A stretch of DNA of 64,000 nt from NCBI GenBank assembly GCA_964252035.1, contig OZ176215.1. One strand, written 5' to 3'. Of this stretch, positions 1-8,156 are shown piece by piece (the stretch's first letter is position 1; each line of letters opens with the position of its first letter). Source of the stretch: Podarcis erhardii (taxonomy: Eukaryota). The translations under genes and the position numbers were made by a program. The notes under the pieces were generated by a model, which saw only the letters and a program-made list of their open reading frames with translations, had not been told where the DNA came from and searched no databases.

Positions 1-62
1 GACAGGGGAGTGCTTGTGATTATGAGCGTGTGCTGACGGCCGACTGCTGCTTTGGTCCGTGC
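1..62 (-). CDS. NCOR2: NCOR2 coding exon R, 5' part (GTDQSSSRPSAHAHNHKHSPV...), runs off window
   Basis: Acceptor gtgttttgtggcag|GC ACG; aligns with recalled human GTEQSS...SRPASHSHAHQHSP. Confidence 0.9.
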
Positions 63-217
63 CTGCCACAAAACACAAAGAAACACTGTGAAAACTCTAG
101 ATGTGGAAAATCCAAAACAAATAACAGTTGAACAAGAAAGAACTTAACCAAGTCCCTGCCAGGCACCTCCACCCGCTGCCCCCCCCCCAAGAGGTCACTA
201 AAGGAAAGCGATCCAAC

Positions 218-367
218 CTGGTCTCCAGATGGGGGCATGCTCCACAGTGGTTGTGGCTGCTAAGACCGACTTCTTGCGCTCCTTCTCACGCTCCCGTTCC
301 CGGTCTCGTTCTTGCTCCCTTTCAGAAACTGAAGGTCCTGTCTGCTTGGTCAGGTGTGTGTGGCCTC
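218..367 (-). CDS. NCOR2: NCOR2 coding exon Q (150 nt; GGHTHLTKQ...EREQERDREREREKERKKSVLAATTTVEHAPIWRP), D/ER repeat
   Basis: Translated by hand. Acceptor gattcatag|GA GGC; donor CCA G|gttgga; phase 1-1. Confidence 0.95.
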
Positions 368-668
368 CTATGAATCATTAAACACACAGTCTGAACATGC
401 TCAGAAAGCAGATGTTTTGACCTGAATATTAAAGCAGCTATTCTGCAGGCCCCCTGTCAGCAGCCAAAGAAAACTGCAGCCTGAAACATCCGAGGACACC
501 CAGGCATAAAATGACATACCCATTTTAAAGTACTGCAATTTTAGCCCCTTAATTTTGCTTTGTGTTGTTTCTTATTTTCCTCCTCTCCATGTCCCTTATG
601 CACATGTTAACTTAGGCTCTTAAAGAAGCACCTAATGGATTTCAGCAACATACCAAGAATCAGCCTAC

Positions 669-818
669 CTGGGGAGAGTGGAGAGCTGCTGTGTCGGCTG
701 GTGAAAGCCTGGGGGGCACTGTGGATGTATGTGATCCGGTCAATGGAGGCGGCAGAAGTGCCCGGGGTGGGGGGCACAAGCACAGGCAAATGTGGCACTT
801 GAGACAGGTCAATTATTC
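669..818 (-). CDS. NCOR2: NCOR2 coding exon P (150 nt; GIIDLSQVPHLPVLVPPTPGT...RHSSSPLSP)
   Basis: Acceptor ctcttagcag|GA ATA; donor CCA G|gtaggc; phase 1-1. Confidence 0.96.
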
Positions 819-1663
819 CTGCTAAGAGAATGGAGGGGGGGAGAGACAGTTAGGAGAAGCAATATGCCTTGGTACTAGAAGTGCAGTGTCAAAAAAGCAA
901 TAACCTCTTGTGGCATTGTAAGACACTGTAGCCTGTGCTGTGTCAGCTGCGAAAGGATGCCTTAATCTGGACAGTGGGTACCACTTTCCGACTTTCCTGT
1001 CTGCCCCATGCCTCCTGCACTTTTTAGGGAGATCCATCTTCTGAAAGCAGCAAGTTCTGTCCGTGTCACATGGTATCACATCACCTGAAGGGCAAGGCCA
1101 GCTGCCCAAACTGCCTGCAGCTTGATCAGAACGGCAGGCAAAGAAGTGGGCAGACTAAACACAGTGAAGAACCTCTCTCTTGTCAGTTACACTTAATGCA
1201 ACTTGGCAATGCGGAACAGGGAAAACTACAGGCCTGAGGAAAGAGTTGCTGAAGAGTTCTAGGTAATGCAAAAGCTTCATCACCAGAATTACTGGTGCAA
1301 TTAAGAAGCACCATTGGATCCCCATGATCTGCATGCATCATGTGAAACATAAAAAGTGTTGCAGCTGATTGATGCCTTCACCAGTTAGTGTTGCCAAATC
1401 AGGCCCTTATGCCTGAAACTTGCTCCATGTTCACAAAGTCCTCCTAGTCTCAACAACACAGAGAGCCCTATGACACCTTGAATCTAATCAGTGAATTGTG
1501 GGAGATACTTTTGCAGGCTTTGTCCAGCAACGGACCAAGTCTGGCCCATGAAAACATATGCTATAAACAAACATGGTTCTCTGAAAATGCTTCAAGGTTC
1601 TCTTGCTTTTGTTGCAACAGACGAACACAGACACCTGCCAGAATTTGCCACACAACCCCAAAC

Positions 1664-1924
1664 CTATTTTCGGACCTGCTGCATAATTGAGGGCTAGCGA
1701 GGGCTCTCGCGGAGACAGGCCACGCAGCAGGTCTGCCCTCTGGGCCATTGCAGTGGCAGCCGCAGCATTGTGGTGCATCTGCTGGGAGGTGATGTAGTCG
1801 TTGATGATGGTCTGCCTGTTCTCCATGGCAGCCGTATCTGGGTAGCCGCGGATTAGGTATGGTGGGTAGAGATGGGGGTACGTAGGGCTAGGAGCGAGGT
1901 GCCTTGGCAAGTAATAAGCGGCTG
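1664..1924 (-). CDS. NCOR2: NCOR2 coding exon O (261 nt; AAAYYLPRHL...RQTIINDYITSQQM...ALNYAAGPKI)
   Basis: Acceptor ctgtccag|CA (tandem cag allows 1921); donor ATA G|gtttgg is weak but the best-fitting phase-1 GT near the expected end. Confidence 0.9.
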
Positions 1925-2293
1925 CTGGACAGAACAGAGAAAAGGGACAATATTAGCTTTTTCACATGCTGTGTGTTTTCTTCAGCAGAGTTTGTCTCAA
2001 AACAAGAGCACTTGAGAGGGCAATTGGAGCCATCTCTGCTCTACTAGATCTCTTCTTCAACTCTCTATTTTTGGCTTCTCACTTTAAGTTCACCACTACC
2101 AACCATCTCCAAACTCTTCTCCTCTTTACCTGAACCTCCCCCCCCACCCCCGTTCTTGCTGCAACTATCCCAGGGTGTCTGAAACCAGAGATATTCTTCT
2201 TTACTCTGCATGTTGCTAGAATGGCCTCAAACATCTCCCAATGTTCTCTGTCCTTTTCAATTGTCTGTTAAATTATTCTAAACTGAACAATGA

Positions 2294-2540
2294 AGGAGAA
2301 GAGTTTGGATTTGATATCCCGCCTTTCACTCCCCTTAAGGAGTCTCAAAGCGGCTAACAATCTCCTTTCCCTTCCTCCCCCACAACAAACACTCTGTGAG
2401 GTGAGTGGGGCTGAGAGACTTCCGAGAAGTCTGACTGGCCCAAGGTCACCCAGCAGCTGAATGTGGAGGAGCGGAGGCTCAAACCCGGTTCCCCAGATTA
2501 CAAGACTACCGCTCTTAACCACTACACCACACTGGCTCTC
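2294..2540 (-). mobile_element. tRNA-headed MIR/CORE-like squamate SINE
   Basis: Minus strand begins gagccagtgtggtgtagtggttaagagcggtag (A box) ...ggtttgagcc (B-like box), then CORE-like tgaccttgggccagtca...ctctcagccccactcacctcacag. Confidence 0.75.
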
Positions 2541-2716
2541 TATGCATCCAGATTCTTAAGAACTAACCCTGGAATGCATCCAGATTCTTAAGAACTAACC
2601 CAGTCGAATCTGTACAGAGAGACTAAGCTGTGTAATCCTGGCCTAGATAACTCAGCATATTCCAGCCATGGTGATTGTTTCACTGCTGCCATTTTCTGAA
2701 CCTAAGACACGTTTAC

Positions 2717-2944
2717 CTGCTTCCAGGGGGATTCCTCTGGGAATAGCTGCTGGGTCAAAGGCCAATGGAATGTGTCCCCTGTACAAGTCCACACCGCTCA
2801 CTCCTCGGAGCAGGTGCTCATATGGAGAGATAGGGGGGTGGTGGTCTGCAAGGGTAGCATGAGGCGACTTGGAGCTGGCCATTTCTCTTGGCGTCGGGGT
2901 GATCTTTCTGTCCTGGGATACAGGCTTTCCAGCAGCGATGCTCC
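2717..2944 (-). CDS. NCOR2: NCOR2 coding exon N (228 nt; GSIAAGK...ISPYEHLLRGVSGVDLYRGHIPLAFDP...IPLEA)
   Basis: Acceptor tttactttgacag|GG AGC; donor GCA G|gtaaac; phase 1-1. Confidence 0.96.
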
Positions 2945-3019
2945 CTGTCAAAGTAAAATGGTTTGTTACAAGAGCCTCTGTGGAAACGCCCTTGAGATCT
3001 CAAGCCGTTCTGAGACAAG

Positions 3020-3112
3020 TACTTCCCTTTACCTGTTAGATTTGACTGTTAGGTTTTTTGGCTAAAATGTTTGTAAATGTTGAAAATGAAAAATGAAATT
3101 ATATATAAAAAA
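3020..3112 (+). mobile_element. Very short 5'-truncated retroelement (L1-like) tail with A-rich end
   Basis: Flanked by perfect 8-bp direct repeat gagacaag (3012-3019, 3113-3120); ends tatatataaaaaa. Confidence 0.6.
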
Positions 3113-4587
3113 GAGACAAGCCGAAGAGGTATTGGAAGATGTTATGGAATATTTTTTTCTTCATAAAAATAAAACTACCAAGACGAGAAAACACACAAAA
3201 ACAACTATTGATGTCTCCAATATCAGAAGTTGAGATTGGGGAAACAATCTCAAATATGGCTAATGGTAATGCACCAGGGCTAGACAGCTTTCAAGTGGAA
3301 TGGTATAAAACATATACTGATCTCCTGTCACCTAGATTATATCAGTTACATGATGAGATATTTAGAGAAGGAATCAGCTCAACATTATTCAACCATGCTT
3401 ACATTACTGTTATTCCAAAGCCTGGCAAGGATCTGATGCAATGTGCCAACTATCGCCCAATTTCTTTGATAAACATTGATACGAAAATAGTAACGGCAAT
3501 ATTGGCAAATAGATTGCAAAGAGTAATACCATTATTAAAAATGACCAAACAGGGTTTATAAAGAGGAGACAAGCTGCAGATAACATCAGGCTGGTAGTGG
3601 ATTTGATAAATTTAAACAGGAACAGTGAAGATTTAGCTACTGTATACTATCTCTAGATATGGAAAAAGCTTTTGATAAGATCCACAATCTATGTGTGGAA
3701 AAAGTACTACAAAATTTTGGTTTTCCATTAGACTTTATAAAATGGATAAACATATTATATTGCTCCCCTACATCTAGAGTTAAGACAAATGGCATAATTT
3801 CTGCACCTTTCACGTTATCTGGAGGTACTAGGCAAGGCTGCCCACTTTGCCTTTGCTTTTTAATATCTGTTTGGAGTCCCTGGCATGTACTATTAGACAG
3901 CATAAGGAAATCTTTGGTGTAATTCATAACTCATTTGAATACAAATTGGTAATGTTTACAGATGATATTCTTCTGTTTATTACGAAACCTCACGGTACTA
4001 TTTCAATATTAATGCAAAATCTAGATTTTTTTGGCAGTATTTCTGGATATACTATAAACTGGTCCAAATCGGAGTTGATGTTAATAGGAAATAACTTTTT
4101 GATTCAACCGTTTAAACAATGCCAATTTCATATTTGCAAAGACAACATTAAATATCTAGGCATATTAATACCACAACTTATCTAAATGAGCATAATTAAA
4201 CATCAACAAAATATATCATGAGGTATCAATAGACATCGACAGATGAGAGTCATTGAACCTGACTCTGTGGGGGGAAGTTAATACTCTTAAAATGAACATA
4301 ATACCTAGACTGCTTTATGTCTTAAGAGAAATTCCAATTCACACGACGAACAAATACTTTCACAAAATTAAATCTTTTATTAGAAAATGCCTTTGGGGCT
4401 CTTCAGTTCCAAGAATATCTATGCAAAAAATGCAAATACTGATAAAAGATGGAGGAATTGGGATCCCAGACTTAGAATTGTATCAACAAGGATATTTACT
4501 GTCAGGTACACTATTCTGGAGACCCACAACTGAAAACAACTGTCCAAAATGGGCTGCTTTGGAATATGTAGCACCTCTAGAGAGATG

Positions 4588-4771
4588 TAGCACTTCTAGA
4601 GAAAAGGCATTTCCGTGCGCTGCTCTGGTTCGCCAGAAGCGGCTAAGTCATGCTAGCCACATGACCCGGAAGCTGTACGCCGGCTCCCTCGGCCAATAAA
4701 GCGAGATGAGCGCCGCAACCCCAGAGTTGGCCATGACTGGACCTAATGGTCAGGGGTCCCTTTACCTTTGC
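4588..4771 (+). mobile_element. 5'-truncated Sauria SINE inserted in the L1
   Basis: Typical 3' part (gctgctctggttcgccagaagcgg...ggacctaatggtcaggggtccctttaccttt); TSD ctagagagatg at 4577-4587 and 4772-4782. Confidence 0.88.
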
Positions 4772-4991
4772 CTAGAGAGATGGGCAGCACTCGGGTCTAA
4801 ATACATTAATACTTTAGATGCTACTGAAACAGTAACATCAGTTCGAACGATATGGCTCCATATGTCCCAAAATTATAAATTTGATCTTTTCTCCCACGAC
4901 AAAATGACTTTGTGGGGAAACACGTCTTTAAAAATCGGGAAAGAAATGATCGTATGGAAGAGGTGGATGAATTTGGGTATATGTATTAATG

Positions 4992-5508
4992 GACATGTAC
5001 GTTGGTAAAGGCTTTCTGGGAAATGATATATAATGAACTAAAGAAAATGTTTAAAAATACATTTGTTAAAAAAACCAGAAGCCTTTTTACTAGGTATAAT
5101 AGGTGAAGAGTTACCAAGTGAAGATAGAAGACTTATGCAACAACAGCAGCGAGAATGCTACTAGCCCAGAAATGGAAGGAAGGTGAAGTACCAACAAAAG
5201 AAGAATGGCAGATGAAACTGATGGAATATGTGGAGATGGCGAAGCTGACGAGGAAGATTCGAAACCAGGAACTGTAAACAGTTAAAATCACTGGCAGGGT
5301 TGTAATGAAAATTGTAATGTGGATTTTTTTACGATAATTACGGATATTTAATAGATGGATAATGATAAAAGATGATAAAAGATGCAGCAAACTTAATCTT
5401 AAACATGGAACCCATGGAGGGAGGGAAGGAGGGAAGGAGGTCCGAAGGTTCAAATGTACCTTGCATTTTAATGTTTGAAATGGTTATGTTAAAATGTATA
5501 AAATTGTG
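4992..5508 (+). mobile_element. 3' end of a second, different L1 family nested in the first L1
   Basis: Decayed frame FWEMIYNELKKMFK...FLLGII...TAARMLLAQKW...EEWQMKLMEYVEMAKLT typical of L1 ORF2 C-terminus; host L1 resumes at 5887 with imperfect duplication gggtat(atgt)attaatg. Confidence 0.75.
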
Positions 5509-5530
5509 ATATATATATATATATATATAT

Positions 5531-5833
5531 GCTTTCGTTTCGACGAGGTCTCACTCGTCATCTTCAGGAAGGTTTCCTCCCCGTAGAGGTAAGATATTTG
5601 CTTTCGTAGATTTTCACGGGTACAGGAATGCAGGTTTTGGTGTCCTCGGGTGTCTTCCCGTGTAAAAGTTGGGGTGTCTAGGCGACGTTTCGACGAGGTC
5701 TCACTCGTCATCTTGCTCTGTTCCAGTAACAAGAAGCCGAAAGCACCAGCCTGAAGATGACGAGTGAGACCTCGTCGAAACGTCGCCTAGACACCCCAAC
5801 TTTTACACGGGAAGACACCCGAGGACACCAAAA

Positions 5834-5836
<3 letters not shown>
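5531..5836. mobile_element. Penelope-like element (PLE) pLTR relic with inverted arrangement, embedded in (TA)n
   Basis: Three copies of a hammerhead-type motif, direct repeat at 150-nt spacing on minus strand, 83-bp inverted repeat, (AT)11 left (5509-5530) and about (TA)25 right (5836-5886). Confidence 0.7.
5751..5784 (+). ncRNA. Minimal type I hammerhead ribozyme core
   Basis: CTGAAGA (5751-57) T, stem II GACGAG/tgagac/CTCGTC, GAAA (5777-80), palindromic ACGT stem III, GTC cleavage triplet ending 5784; stem I only 2 bp. Confidence 0.62.
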
Positions 5837-5888
<52 letters not shown>

Positions 5889-6393
5889 GTATATTAATGT
5901 TAGACCAGCTGATAAATGAAGAGGATGAATATTATATGTACTCCATCTTAAGAGACAAATACAGATTACCTACAAATGCTCAATGGCAATATCTCCAGAT
6001 AAAACTCTTGCTAACCACCATCTACGGACCAGCAGCTTTTACAGCCTCAGAGACCCCAGATATATTGAAGCAGCTGATTAATTCTTACGCCACAAAAAAC
6101 CGGCCATCAACATATATAAATCTTTGTTATTAGCAAACCAAATTGATATACAGGTACTGAAGGAGGATTGGAATAAAGAATTAGAGATCTCAATTTCGAC
6201 CTTATACAACAACAACAAAAAATTAAGAATATACTGGACCCCATTATGTTTAAAAAGGGCTATTTAAGGCAGTGTTTCCCAACCTTTTTTGGGCAAAGGC
6301 ACACTTGTTTCATGAAAAAAATCTCGAGGCACACCACCATTAGAAAATGTTTAAAAAATTAACTCTGTGCCTATATTGACTATATATAAAGTA

Positions 6394-6800
6394 CAGTGGT
6401 GCCCCGCAAGACGAATGCCTCGCTAAACGAAAAACCCGCAAGACGAAAGGGTTTTCCGATTTTTTAGCGGCTTCGCAAGACGAATTTCCCTATGGGCTTG
6501 CTTCGCAAGACGAAAGCCCATAGGGAAATCTCCGGGACAGCGGGGAACCCTCCTCCCACCGCAAGCCCTGGGAACAGAGGAGAAGCTGCGCACCTTCCCC
6601 TCTGTTCCCGGACCTGTCCTGAAGGCTTGCGGTGGGAGGTCCGGGAACAGAAGAGAAGGCGCACAGCTTCTCCTCTCTTCCCGGGGCTTGCGGTGGGAGG
6701 AGGGTTTTTCCTCCCCACCGCCAACATTCAGAACAGCATTCTGAATGTTGGCGGTGGGGAGGAAAGCCCTCCTCCCGCTGCAAGCCTTCAGGACAGGTCC
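6394..6800 (+). mobile_element. One end of a Tigger/pogo-like (Tc1/mariner) MITE inside the hAT element
   Basis: Starts after TA (6392-93) with cagtggtgccccgcaagacgaatgcctcgc; repeated cgcaagacgaa subterminal motifs; matching other end not found. Confidence 0.65.
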
Positions 6801-7600
6801 GGGGCAGCAGGCTGCTATCCGCAGCTTGGAGAGCCCTGCGGGGAAGTCCTGCAGGGCTCTCCAAGCTGTGAATGTCTGCCCCGCCCAAGGGGCGCTCTGC
6901 TTAAGAGCACCCCTCGTGGGGGGCAGCAGGCTGCTATCCGCAGCTTGGAAAGCCCTGCGGGGAAGTCCTGCAGGGCTCCCCAAGCTGCAGATGTCTGCCC
7001 CGCGCGAGGGGCGCTCTGCTTAAGAGCACCCCTCGTGCAGGGCAGCAGGCTGCTATCTGCAGCTCGGAGAGCCCTGCGGGGAAGTCCGGCAGGGCTCCCC
7101 AAGCTGCAGATGTCTGCCCCGCCCAAGGGGCGCTCTGCTTAAGAGCACCCCTCGTGGGGGGCAGCAGGCTGCTATCCGCAGCTTGGAAAGCCCTGCGGGG
7201 AAGTCCTGCAGGGCTCCCCAAGCTGCAGATGTCTGCCCCGCCCAAGGGGCGCTCTGCTTAAGAGCACCCCTCGTGGGGGGCAGCAGGCTGCTATCCGCAG
7301 CTTGGAAAGCCCTGCGGGGAAGTCCTGCAGGGCTCCCCAAGCTGCAGATGTCTGCCCCGCGCGAGGGGCGCTCTGCTTAAGAGCACCCCTCGTGCGGGGC
7401 AGCAGGCTGCTATCCGCAGCTTGGAGAGCCCTGCGGGGAAGTCCTGCAGGGCTCCCCAAGCTGCAGATGTCTGCCCCGCGCGAGGGGCGCTCTGCTTAAG
7501 AGCGCCCCTCGTGCGGGGCAGCAGGCTGCTATCCGCAGCTTGGAGAGCCCTGCGGGGAAGTCCTGCAGGGCTCCCTAAGCTGCAGATGTCTGCCCCGCGC
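6801..7600. repeat. GC-rich tandem array, 119-bp unit, about 6.7 copies
   Basis: ttaagagc recurs at 6901, 7020, 7139, 7258, 7377, 7496 (exact 119 spacing). Confidence 0.97.
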
Positions 7601-8156
7601 GGAGCTCCCGCCGGGCGCGCAAGGCTTGGGGCGGCAGCCTGTTGCCCGAAGCACAGGGAGCCCTCCGGAGGGCTCCCCCTGCTTCGGGCGAGTGTCTGCA
7701 AGCCTTGCGCGCCTGGCAGGAGCTCCCGCCGGGCGCGCAAGGCTTGGGGCGGCAGCCTGTTGCCCGAAGCACAGGGAGCCCTCCGGAGGGCTCCCCGTGC
7801 TTCGGGCGAGTGTCTGCAAGGCTTGCGCGCCCGGCAGGAGCTCCCGCCGTGCGCGCAAGGCTTGGGGCGGCAGCCTGTTGCCCGAAGCACAGGGAGCCCT
7901 CCGGAGGGCTCCCCATGCTTCGGGCGAGTGTCTGCAAGCCTTGCGCGCCTGGCAGGAGCTCCCGCCGGGCGCGCAAGGCTTGGGGCGGCAGCCTGTTGCC
8001 CGAAGCACAGGGAGCCCTCCGGAGGGCTCCCCGTGCTTCGGGCGAGTGTCTGCAAGGCTTGCGCGCCCGGCAGGAGCTCCCGCCGTGCGCGCAAGGCTTG
8101 GGGCGGCAGCCTGTTGCCCGAAGCACGCGGAGCCCTCCGAAGGGCGCCCCGTGCTC
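7601..8156. repeat. GC-rich tandem array, 118-bp unit, about 4.7 copies
   Basis: ggagctcccg recurs at 7601, 7719, 7837, 7955, 8073 (exact 118 spacing). Confidence 0.97.

Noticed and set aside
3139-4699. Active L1 reverse transcriptase gene
   Set aside because: Multiple frameshifts and stops, FTDD in place of the usual Y/F-A-DD, 5' truncation and nested insertions.
6801-8156. CRISPR-like repeat array
   Set aside because: Units are contiguous 118/119-mers with no unique spacers, in a vertebrate intron, with no cas genes.
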